From positions 1 through 64,000 of the IMG/VR virus record IMGVR_UViG_3300020577_002484: DNA of 64,000 nucleotides; one strand, given 5' to 3'. A program made the translations under genes and the position numbers. This document shows, one piece after another, positions 26,368 to 34,833 of this stretch. The notes below the pieces were generated by a model. That model saw nothing but the letters and a program-made list of their open reading frames with translations, did not search any database and was not told where the DNA came from. The first letter of the stretch is position 1; every line of letters begins with the position of its first letter. The DNA is from a virus (lineage: Duplodnaviria > Caudoviricetes).

Positions 26368-28378
26368 AGATTGCCTCTTCCAGTTGTCCTAATGAGATGT
26401 CTTGAAGTTCTTTCTTCTTCCGAAGATTCTCAAGGACCAATTGATCTGATGGTAAATGGATGAGGTCAATGATGGTTGCACCTTTGTTCACATCCATACT
26501 GATACGATGAATACGATCTTCTGACTGCATTCTTGCGTCAGCCGAGAAAGTGTTGGAGTAGTACAAAATGGTAGGAGATTTGGTCAGGGTAAGTCCAGTA
26601 CCGGCAGCTTCAGGATTCCCAATGAAAACTACTCTGGGGACTTCTTCCAGCTTCTCCTGAAACACGTTAAGCAGGTCCGTTGGGCTGAGTTGAGTATTGA
26701 AGGAACTTCTGTACCCTCTACCATCAACTGCAATCCACTCCCACTTCATAGACTTTGCGATTTCAATGCAGCGGTCCACAGAACCCATGAACCCCGCAAA
26801 GACCACAAGACGACCAACATCCTCATGCTCATCAAGTAAGTCACGAAGATACTGTTCTTTAGGCGTGTCAAGCTGTCTTGCAGTCCTCTCATAAGTCTTG
26901 ATCTCACCAACACCATCACAGTGCTGACAGGCCAGTTGCTCCTGTTTGTAGAGGTTCGGGAATTCAACGCTGTTAATGGTAATTGATTCAAGTTCTTCAT
27001 CGCTGACGAAATCTCTTCCATTGAGAAGGCCAAGCTCCGACATGAACTCAAAGGTCTTTGCAGGGCCACAATACACATCTTGTAGTGTGGTACGGGTACC
27101 TTCGCAGAGTGGGCATGTTTGCTTACCCTTCTCAGTTTCTTCATATAGAAACCCATCAGACAACTCCCTCAGATGTGTCAGAGCTTTGATCGTACTTGAA
27201 GACTTCTTAACCAACAACCGTGCAGCACGCAACGTGTCTGTAGTCGGTGGTAGCTGTACCACTTTGTAAATCTTGTCAGGAAGATTCAGACACTCTTTCT
27301 TCGTCTTGACAATGACCAGACCTTGCATACGCTTGTACAGGTTGGACACCTCATTGACACACTTCTTATAGTCATGACGGTGGAGGTTAGACAAAGAGTG
27401 TTCTATGGAGTCTTTACCTTCTCCGCAAACGTCACAACGTAACTCGTTGTCCCTCCAAGCTTTTCTCTCAGGGTACACCCCTCCTGTACCATTATCCTTT
27501 TGTACAACGATAGCCAATCTGTAGGTGAATTTGTGAATGTCACCCTCCATGATATAGCCGGGGCGGGCAATCTCACACTGGTGGTACCAGTCCACCGGAG
27601 TCTTAGGTGCCGGGGCACCAGACATCTCAATCACATAACCCGCAGGACCATGTTCTCTACGAATGGCATCAGCAATGTACATAGCGGCTTTGGACCGTTG
27701 TGCTGTTGGAGTCTTGAACCTTGCAGATTCATCGAACACAACACCTTGATGGATCAATCGACCGGGAGTCCAATTGTTTGCGTACTTCTCAAGTGAGGAG
27801 CATGTGACAAAGGTAGGATTGACCTTACTGTTCCATTTCTTGAATTCCAACTTGACAGAGTTCAAAGCGGAAGCAGGACCGACCCAAAGCCAATCCTTGA
27901 CTCCGCTTATCTCCATCGCTTCCATAGCTGATAGTGTCTTGCCAGTACCCATCTCACCAGCGATAATCGCGTAGTGTCTCGTGATGAAGTGCTGGATGAA
28001 TTCATACTGATGAGGGTACACGTTCCTACCAGAATGCAGCATGGTAATCATACCATCTGACATCTTTGTGTGCGGGATGTCAATCAGAGGAATGTCATAT
28101 TGGAAGTAAGGATTCTTACCTTCCATGAATTCAATCTGGAACCAGTTGTGGAAGTTATCGTCGCACGACCATTGTTTGACAGGGTTATCATCAAACCCGT
28201 GCCACTTCATACCGGACATACACTTCTTCAGATCGTCAGTCAGCTTCTTGTTGAAGCCATACTGCAACCACAGTTTATTACCTTTCTTGGTAAAAATGAC
28301 AGGAACAGATCGTTTGATCCCATTGTCCATTGTCACGATAAGGTCTGTTCTGTAACTTTCACCATGCTCAAGGATCAT
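26360..28378 (-). CDS. SNF2-like SF2 helicase
   Basis: GEMGTGKT, VFDES, MSGAP, GTGLTLT, QSEDRIHR. Confidence 0.9.
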   Translation of the reverse strand: MILEHGESYRTDLIVTMDNGIKRSVPVIFTKKGNKLWLQYGFNKKLTDDLKKCMSGMKWHGFDDNPVKQWSCDDNFHNWFQIEFMEGKNPYFQYDIPLIDIPHTKMSDGMITMLHSGRNVYPHQYEFIQHFITRHYAIIAGEMGTGKTLSAMEAMEISGVKDWLWVGPASALNSVKLEFKKWNSKVNPTFVTCSSLEKYANNWTPGRLIHQGVVFDESARFKTPTAQRSKAAMYIADAIRREHGPAGYVIEMSGAPAPKTPVDWYHQCEIARPGYIMEGDIHKFTYRLAIVVQKDNGTGGVYPERKAWRDNELRCDVCGEGKDSIEHSLSNLHRHDYKKCVNEVSNLYKRMQGLVIVKTKKECLNLPDKIYKVVQLPPTTDTLRAARLLVKKSSSTIKALTHLRELSDGFLYEETEKGKQTCPLCEGTRTTLQDVYCGPAKTFEFMSELGLLNGRDFVSDEELESITINSVEFPNLYKQEQLACQHCDGVGEIKTYERTARQLDTPKEQYLRDLLDEHEDVGRLVVFAGFMGSVDRCIEIAKSMKWEWIAVDGRGYRSSFNTQLSPTDLLNVFQEKLEEVPRVVFIGNPEAAGTGLTLTKSPTILYYSNTFSADARMQSEDRIHRISMDVNKGATIIDLIHLPSDQLVLENLRKKKELQDISLGQLEEAIYV

Positions 28379-28380
28379 AT

Positions 28381-28905
28381 TTATTTCCTGTGTTGAAGTT
28401 TGAATGTGTTGTCTGGTAGCTGTACCCGGTTATAATCTGAGAACATGGCCCCAAGGCCCTCTGAATCAAATAACTCAATAGCCCTATCCCCAAATGACCT
28501 CAGTGAGAAACTTGCGGAGCCTGTGCAGCTATTTATTACTGCTGACCTCCATTGATCGAGGTCTCCTGAAATTATAGTGAAAAGGAAACCGTCTGATGAT
28601 TTACCCGACACTGTGGAGAGCTTGGTATTTTGTATGACCTCATTAAGCTCATCCAATGTCGAGAACATAGCCACGTTATAGTGGACATGGTCCAACGCAA
28701 AGCCCGGATTCTTACCAACTAAAGAGGGTTTAGAACCGGGTGACTTAATTTCGTGTAAGGTGGTGAGAAACCCTAATGGGATTTCTGGCTTGATGCCTAC
28801 CTCATCAAGTGTCTTGGATACCGAACGGTGGAGAATCTGATTAGCTCCAGCTAAGTAAGAGTTCCAATTTATGTTCGTCTTACCAATGATTATTAGCTTT
28901 ATCAT
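28381..28905 (-). CDS. Probable degenerate ThyX-fold protein
   Basis: ALDHVHY and IISGDLDQWR resemble ThyX SPFEH and TGNLRAWR; no RHRxxxxxxxS motif. Confidence 0.5.
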   Translation of the reverse strand: MIKLIIIGKTNINWNSYLAGANQILHRSVSKTLDEVGIKPEIPLGFLTTLHEIKSPGSKPSLVGKNPGFALDHVHYNVAMFSTLDELNEVIQNTKLSTVSGKSSDGFLFTIISGDLDQWRSAVINSCTGSASFSLRSFGDRAIELFDSEGLGAMFSDYNRVQLPDNTFKLQHRK

Positions 28906-28920
28906 AGATTCCCTAAAAAG

Positions 28921-28960
28921 AAAAAGAGGTTGACCCCTGTGATGGAGCCAACCTCTTTTT
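28921..28960. terminator. Intrinsic terminator (bidirectional type)
   Basis: AAAAAGAGGTTG-N16-CAACCTCTTTTT. Confidence 0.7.
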
Positions 28961-28967
28961 GGTATTG

Positions 28968-29666
28968 TTACCGTGCCCGGTCCGTGGCAGCAGCCGCGGT
29001 GGCATCAACGGACTTCACATCGGTATCGGTGGGGTTGGCGAATTTCTCAGCGATACGAGTGAGTTCAGCATGGTCAGGCAGATTTTCCTGAGCGATGGGT
29101 GTCGAGGACGCAAGGATCTGTGGGGCTTCCCACTTGTACTTTGCATTCTTCGCAAGACGCCACTTCAACAGGATAGCCTTACCCATAGACGATTCCACAT
29201 TGTCAGCTTCGTTACGAGCCGAAGCGTTGTTCATGTGGTAAACCACAAACTTCTTCTGGGTCGGGAGCCAGAGCAGGAACTCGGGGCCGTACATGCAGCC
29301 AGAGTCCTTTTCGCTGGACTTCTCTTTGACCTTCTGGTACTCCGGATTTTCCGGATTGTAGAAGGTCTCGAACACTTGCCCGATGATTCGGACAGCTTTC
29401 CATCGCCAAGAAACAGGAATAGCAACGACCTCTTCGCCAAGGTCGATCAAGACTTGATTCTCGGTGAGGCCATAGTGACCTCTGCTGATGGTGCCCTCCT
29501 TCACTTCGCCACTGTTGCTACCATACAACTTGATGTATGGGAGGAAGCCAGCGGATCGGATCTCGCTCTTGAACACTTCGCGGTTTGCGTGTTGGTTCTG
29601 GGCGAGTCCCGACATAGGAATGAGCGATTGTTCTGCGGGGACTGTTGCGGGAAGGTCAGACGACAT
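28968..29666 (-). CDS. Putative ssDNA-binding/recombination protein
   Basis: LPYIKL near the N-terminus, beta-rich core, flexible tail; position among replication genes. Confidence 0.5.
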   Translation of the reverse strand: MSSDLPATVPAEQSLIPMSGLAQNQHANREVFKSEIRSAGFLPYIKLYGSNSGEVKEGTISRGHYGLTENQVLIDLGEEVVAIPVSWRWKAVRIIGQVFETFYNPENPEYQKVKEKSSEKDSGCMYGPEFLLWLPTQKKFVVYHMNNASARNEADNVESSMGKAILLKWRLAKNAKYKWEAPQILASSTPIAQENLPDHAELTRIAEKFANPTDTDVKSVDATAAAATDRAR

Positions 29667-29703
29667 GAGGTTGTTCTTTCGTTTTGTTTATTGAGAGGGT
29701 AAA

Positions 29704-29730
29704 CCCGGCCCCAAGAATCATGGGGCCGGG
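29704..29730 (-). terminator. GC-rich hairpin/terminator after ParB-like gene 2
   Basis: CCCGGCCCCA-N7-TGGGGCCGGG, then TTT on the minus strand. Confidence 0.6.
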
Positions 29731-29748
29731 TACTGATACCAAGATCGC

Positions 29749-30864
29749 TTAGCCATCAACCTTTTCGGTCGAGGCAGGAGCTTCAGCAGCAGGGGGAGCG
29801 TAGTGGCCCTTCACCCAATGGTGCTCTTTGTCCCACGCCGCCATGGTGGCCTTAACGTCACCACCTTCCTTGATGGTCTTCGCTTCGAGAGCGAACCGTT
29901 CAGCCTTGAGTTCGGCTTCCTTCAGTTGCTTCTCTTTGCGTTCCTTCTCGGAAGTGGTACGCTTCTCAGCGATCTTACGCTGCGATTCCTCGAACTTCTG
30001 CCGAGCGGTGGCAATCGAGTTCGGGTCTTGGTGCAGGCACCACAGCATGGCCAAACGCCAGCCAGCGATGGCGGAAGACTTGTCCGCGATCGAGGCATCC
30101 TGATCAACAAGCAGCTTTCCGATGTTCTGGGCTTCGGATTCTGACTTGATGTCGGTCATCTTCTGGAGTTTGACCACCGGGGTGAACACTTCACCACCAG
30201 CAGCACGTCCAGCACGCTTGGCAGCGGTCAGTTCCTTACGGAACGTATTGGCCGCTTGCAGGAATTCCTCGGGGGAGAGGTTCTGGGCACGTTCAATGAA
30301 CTGGCCCTGATTTTCTTCCGGCAGTTTCGCCAGAGCGTACGCATTGGTCAGCTTGATCATGCCGCTATCGACAAGTTCAGCCGCCTCTTTCGAGAGCTTG
30401 GCCAAGCCAAGCATCTCACCGAACCAAGCGGACGATTTGCCCAACTTGGCAGCCAGATCCCCGGACGTAAGGGTGGGGTTCTGGGCAAGGATGCGGACCA
30501 AGCTGCGAGCATACTCGGCGGGCTTGGTCTCTTTGCGTTGGACGTTGGTGATGATCTGGCTGATCATCGCTTCGTTGTCGTCCATCGCCTTGATGGTCGC
30601 GGGGATGGTATCAAGACCAGCCGCACGACTCGCCGTCAGTCGGTTCAGCCCATCAACGAGGAAATACAGAGGCTCGTTGTTTTCGTTCAGGGCCGGGGTA
30701 CCGTCACCCTCAAGGATCGGTCGGACCAGAACCGAGTTCAAGACACCCTTTTGGGCGATAGAAGCGGTAAGCTCCTTGAAGTCAACCGATTCCGTTTCCA
30801 CTTCGCGGAGGGCGACGGGATTTTCCTTGATCTGTGACAGCTTCAGTGTTGCGAGTTCGGACAT
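29749..30864 (-). CDS. ParB/Srx-like protein 2 with HTH and coiled-coil C-terminus
   Basis: ENPVALR, KGVLNSVLVR, LVDGLNRLTA, NVQRKE, DLAAKLGKSSAW; start set at MSELA. Confidence 0.85.
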   Translation of the reverse strand: MSELATLKLSQIKENPVALREVETESVDFKELTASIAQKGVLNSVLVRPILEGDGTPALNENNEPLYFLVDGLNRLTASRAAGLDTIPATIKAMDDNEAMISQIITNVQRKETKPAEYARSLVRILAQNPTLTSGDLAAKLGKSSAWFGEMLGLAKLSKEAAELVDSGMIKLTNAYALAKLPEENQGQFIERAQNLSPEEFLQAANTFRKELTAAKRAGRAAGGEVFTPVVKLQKMTDIKSESEAQNIGKLLVDQDASIADKSSAIAGWRLAMLWCLHQDPNSIATARQKFEESQRKIAEKRTTSEKERKEKQLKEAELKAERFALEAKTIKEGGDVKATMAAWDKEHHWVKGHYAPPAAEAPASTEKVDG

Positions 30865-30923
30865 AGTTTCTTTCTCGTAAGTTTGTGGTGTGGTACCTTT
30901 ACCCACGCCTGTCGATTGGTTCC

Positions 30924-30992
30924 CGTACCAAAAGTACGCCAGTCGTACCAAAAGGTCGGGTCCGTACCAAAAAGCCGGGGTGCGTACCAAAA
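30924..30992. repeat. Four direct repeats of CGTACCAAAA, 19-20 bp period (iteron/operator-like)
   Basis: Copies at 30924, 30944, 30963 and 30983. Confidence 0.9.
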
Positions 30993-31264
30993 GGACGCTC
31001 CAGCGATCGGACGGCGATAATTTTCCCCTGCAAAAGAGATTAGGATACTTGTCAAAAAAAATTTACTAATTTCGCCAAGTGACTGATTGGATTACTGTTT
31101 ATCCCTTTTCTATTATTGCACTAGGGAAGGGAAATTTTCTCTATCTAGTGCGATAAATAAAATGGGGTTGAGTGGTAAGTTAATCAGGGATCACTGGCAA
31201 TTTTTGGCCAAAAGTATCCTAAGATCAAAAGTAGGGAGGTAAGGTAATCAGTCATGGTATCGAA
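30993..31264. other. Divergent intergenic region, candidate replication origin and promoter pair
   Basis: AT-rich; flanked by iterons and the 40-bp element; inverted AAGTATCCTAA at 31040-31050 and 31212-31222. Confidence 0.5.
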
Positions 31265-31304
31265 AAATGGTACGGCAGGTCGTACCACAATTGGTATCAA
31301 TACC
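31265..31304 (+). promoter_or_regulatory. Conserved 40-bp double-palindrome element, copy B
   Basis: AAATGGTACGGCAGGTCGTACCACAATTGGTATCAATACC, 14 nt before the primase ATG. Confidence 0.8.
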
Positions 31305-31318
31305 CTAAGAGAGGATAA

Positions 31319-34048
31319 ATGGTCACACAAGTAGAAGCAATCAAGAATTTCCTAGTTATGAAGACGCACTCGGACCTAGCGTCCATGTACAGTGAGTGTA
31401 TGGAGGTACAGGTCAATGTGGCCGCGGATGATGGTACACGTATAGAGGATGTGTTCAAAGGACACAAGTGGCACGGTTACACGGATGGTATACAAACATG
31501 GAAGTCTTTCAGGATTCCTAGGAATGCGAAAACCAATCCTGAGTATGGTATGGATACCACGATGGCATATGATCTTGTCAAGCATGCCGAAGGTATTGGT
31601 ATGACAGGATGGGATTGGGTAAATAAGAAGTCACGTTGGGTCGCTTACGACTTCGACGCTATGACAGGCCATAGCGAAAAGCATGATAAGAGACTTTCAG
31701 ACAGTGACCTTGAGGCCATCAAGAATGCTGTCAGCAACATCCCGTGGGTAACAGTCCGAAAGAGTACAGGTGGTAAGGGTTTGCATCTGTATGTGTTTCT
31801 CGATGGTATTGATACCGAAAACCATTCTGAGCACGCTGCCCTCGCACGAGCGATCCTAGGTATGATCGTGGCACTCACAGGCTACGACTTCCAATCTAAG
31901 GTTGACATTTGCGGAGGTAATATGTGGGTGTGGCATCGCAAGATGTCCACAGCTAACGATGGGTTGCAGCTTATCAAGTCTGGGGATGTCCTGAAAGATA
32001 TTCCTATGAACTGGAGAGACCACATTAACGTGGTTTCTGGTAAGCGTAAGCGTGTTGTACCTGACTTTATCGCCAAAGAACAGTCCGAACTGGTCGAGAA
32101 AATGTTTGAGGAGCTGTCGGGCCAACGGTCCCGCACCTCATTGGACGAGACTCACCTCAAACTTATGTCTTACTTGAAGGACAACGGACACTACTGGACC
32201 TTTGATCAAGACAACAATATGTTGATCACGCACACATATAGCCTCAAGTGTGCCCACACTGATCTAGGCTTCAAAGGTGTCTTTGAGACTTTGGCCGAGG
32301 GGTCAGAGAAAGGGGTTGACAAGAACTGCTTCCTGTTCCCCATGCGTAATGGTGCATGGTCCGTACGTAGATACAGTCCCGGTGTTGCGGAGGCACCAAC
32401 GTGGGAGCAGGATGGTCAAGGATGGACCATGTCTTACTTCAATATTGATGCTGATCTGAAGACTGCTTCAAGATTCCACAATGGTCTCGAAGATGACGAC
32501 GGATCATTTATCTTTCGCACCGCTGAGTCAGCGGCCAAAGCCGCATTGATGCTAGGGATCAATGCCACGTTTGACCCGTTGCTTCGCGATCGAGAAGCTG
32601 CTTTGAAGGAGGGTAAAGACGGTCGCATCAGGTTTTCCATCAAATGTGATGACAATATGGTGGCCTCTGATAAGATGTCTGGTTGGCTTCCCAAGAAGGG
32701 TAAAGTGCAGAAGTTATTCAAACCACGATCAGTCGCTAAGGTTGAGGCCGAAAGTGGTAACTACGATGAAGTGGTACGGCACCTTATCACAACAAGCCGC
32801 GAAGACTTTGGTTGGGTCTCTAAGAACAGTGATGGTTGGAACAATGAACCACTAAATCACATCAGGATTTATCTTCAGTCTTTGAACCTTTCTCCTAATG
32901 ATATTAACAGAATTCTTGGTAGTGCTATCATTAACTGCTGGACAGTTACTAACAAGCCCTTCCAACCTGAGTATCCAGGTGATAGGAAATGGAATAAGGA
33001 GGGTGCACAACTCAGATTCACGCCTAGCCAAAATGTCGATTCACTATCATATCCAAATTGGTTATCTGTGTTGAAACATTGCGGTGCTGGATTGGATAGT
33101 GCTGTTAAGGAGAATGTGTGGTGCAAGGCCAATGGTATCCTGAATGGTGCTGACTACCTCAAGTGTTGGGTAGCCAGTCTGTTGCAAAGACCACTTGAAC
33201 CATTACCTTACCTGTTCTTGTATTCCTATGGACAAAACACTGGTAAGAGTATTTTCCACGAGGCACTATCTTTATTGATCAATAGAGGTGTCGCTCGTGC
33301 GGATAATGCCCTTACTAATAACAGCTCCTTCAATGGTGAGTTGGCCAATGCTGTCCTTTGTGTGGTTGAAGAAACTGATCTGCAAAGGAACAAGTTGGCC
33401 TACAACAGAATTAAGGATTGGGTCACAGCCCGACAGATCCCTATCCATAGGAAGCACGAAACCCCTATAACCATTGATAACACGACGCATTGGATTCAGT
33501 GTGCTAATGACGATGCCTACTGTCCAATCTTCCCCGGTGATACCAGAATCACTATGATCAAGGTTGAACCATTATCACCTTTGGAAATGATTCCGAAGAC
33601 AGAGTTACTTACTTTGTTGGAAAAGGAAGCTGCCGACTTCTTAGCTGAGGTGCTTAGTCTTGAGCTACCCAAGTCCAATGATCGTTTGGGTATCCCTGTC
33701 ATTGAGACTCAAGAGAAGACTTCAGCAGCTATGGCCAACAGGTCAGAGTTGCAGACGTTTGTGGACGACTGTTGCTTTGAGGATATTGGAAATTCCATTA
33801 CTTTCGCGGAGTTCGACGCTGCATTCAAGAAGTGGTTAGATCCTAATGAGGCTTACAAGTGGTCCAAGATTAAGGTTGGTAAGGAGATTGTCAAGTATTA
33901 TTCCGGACAATATCCGAAAGGTAGGAGTACCAAGGATGGGACACATTGTATAGGTAACATATCTCTCACTAAACCTGAGAAGGAAAGTGGGAAACCCAAG
34001 TATGTAGTGCATGACGACAAGTTGGTCCACTATACCCAAGGATCGTAA
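31319..34048 (+). CDS. Primase-polymerase / SF3 (D5-like) helicase fusion
   Basis: AYDFD...RKSTGGKGLHLYVF primase motifs; GQNTGKS Walker A and VVEET Walker B. Confidence 0.82.
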   Translation: MVTQVEAIKNFLVMKTHSDLASMYSECMEVQVNVAADDGTRIEDVFKGHKWHGYTDGIQTWKSFRIPRNAKTNPEYGMDTTMAYDLVKHAEGIGMTGWDWVNKKSRWVAYDFDAMTGHSEKHDKRLSDSDLEAIKNAVSNIPWVTVRKSTGGKGLHLYVFLDGIDTENHSEHAALARAILGMIVALTGYDFQSKVDICGGNMWVWHRKMSTANDGLQLIKSGDVLKDIPMNWRDHINVVSGKRKRVVPDFIAKEQSELVEKMFEELSGQRSRTSLDETHLKLMSYLKDNGHYWTFDQDNNMLITHTYSLKCAHTDLGFKGVFETLAEGSEKGVDKNCFLFPMRNGAWSVRRYSPGVAEAPTWEQDGQGWTMSYFNIDADLKTASRFHNGLEDDDGSFIFRTAESAAKAALMLGINATFDPLLRDREAALKEGKDGRIRFSIKCDDNMVASDKMSGWLPKKGKVQKLFKPRSVAKVEAESGNYDEVVRHLITTSREDFGWVSKNSDGWNNEPLNHIRIYLQSLNLSPNDINRILGSAIINCWTVTNKPFQPEYPGDRKWNKEGAQLRFTPSQNVDSLSYPNWLSVLKHCGAGLDSAVKENVWCKANGILNGADYLKCWVASLLQRPLEPLPYLFLYSYGQNTGKSIFHEALSLLINRGVARADNALTNNSSFNGELANAVLCVVEETDLQRNKLAYNRIKDWVTARQIPIHRKHETPITIDNTTHWIQCANDDAYCPIFPGDTRITMIKVEPLSPLEMIPKTELLTLLEKEAADFLAEVLSLELPKSNDRLGIPVIETQEKTSAAMANRSELQTFVDDCCFEDIGNSITFAEFDAAFKKWLDPNEAYKWSKIKVGKEIVKYYSGQYPKGRSTKDGTHCIGNISLTKPEKESGKPKYVVHDDKLVHYTQGS

Positions 34049-34051
34049 CCT

Positions 34052-34261
34052 ATGGGAATAGTAGAAACCTACAACCGACTAACAGACAAAGAAAAAGGTC
34101 TATTGCAGATTGGATTTGAGTCTGGATCAACACAAATTGTCATCTTCAAGGATGGTAGTTTCATCAGTGTCAACTTCGATCACAGAGATGGTTACATTGC
34201 CACCGAGTCCAAGAACCGTTGGACCGTGGGAGTAACTAACGAAAAAGAAAGTGTCTTATGA
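34052..34261 (+). CDS. Hypothetical protein
   Basis: Coupled ORF. Confidence 0.6.
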   Translation: MGIVETYNRLTDKEKGLLQIGFESGSTQIVIFKDGSFISVNFDHRDGYIATESKNRWTVGVTNEKESVL

Positions 34262-34833
34262 TTATTATCGGCTTTGGCCACAGGAAAAGAGTTGGTAAGG
34301 ATACCGCTTGCAAGTTCCTCATGTCACACCTCAGGATGAATACTAAGGGTCTTGCAATTGTCAAAGGTAACCTTGCCTACCCTTTGAAGCAAATCTGTTA
34401 CATGGCCTATGGGTGGGCAGGACTGAATGGTCCAGAGTATTATGACACGGATGAAGGGGCTAAGTATAGAGAGGTCATTCTTCCCAAACTTGGCAAAACC
34501 CCTCGTCAGATCTGGATTGAGGTTGGTAACAAACTGCGAGACGTGTATGAGGACACATGGATCGACTTAACCATCAACCAAAGTAATGCTGATGTACTTA
34601 TCCTAGGGGACGTACGATACCCTAATGAGGTCAACACCATTAGAAGATATGGTGGTGAGGTCCACAAGATCGAACGTGATGCTGCTGAAGTCAGTCACGA
34701 CGTTGCGGACACGGCCTTAAGGGACTATGAAGGTTGGGACAGTGTCTTGAAGAATAATGGTGATCTCGGAGACTTCCACAAGGAAGTTTCCGCACTTGGT
34801 GACAAGATCATTTCTGGAATGAAAGGCATCTAA
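34258..34833 (+). CDS. Deoxynucleoside monophosphate kinase
   Basis: IGFGHRKRVGKDT, TPRQIWIEVG, DVRYPNEV. Confidence 0.85.
   Translation: MIIIGFGHRKRVGKDTACKFLMSHLRMNTKGLAIVKGNLAYPLKQICYMAYGWAGLNGPEYYDTDEGAKYREVILPKLGKTPRQIWIEVGNKLRDVYEDTWIDLTINQSNADVLILGDVRYPNEVNTIRRYGGEVHKIERDAAEVSHDVADTALRDYEGWDSVLKNNGDLGDFHKEVSALGDKIISGMKGI

Noticed and set aside
28959-30880. Several long plus-strand ORFs (247, 193, 178 aa)
   Set aside because: Antisense shadows of the SSB-like and ParB2 genes
30865-30990. N-terminal extension of ParB2 with repeated FWY motifs
   Set aside because: It is the translation of the DNA repeats; MSELA at 30864 has an RBS-like leader and begins the ParB domain
30924-30992. Mini-CRISPR array
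   Set aside because: 10-bp repeats with 9-10 bp spacers are far too short, and no cas genes are present
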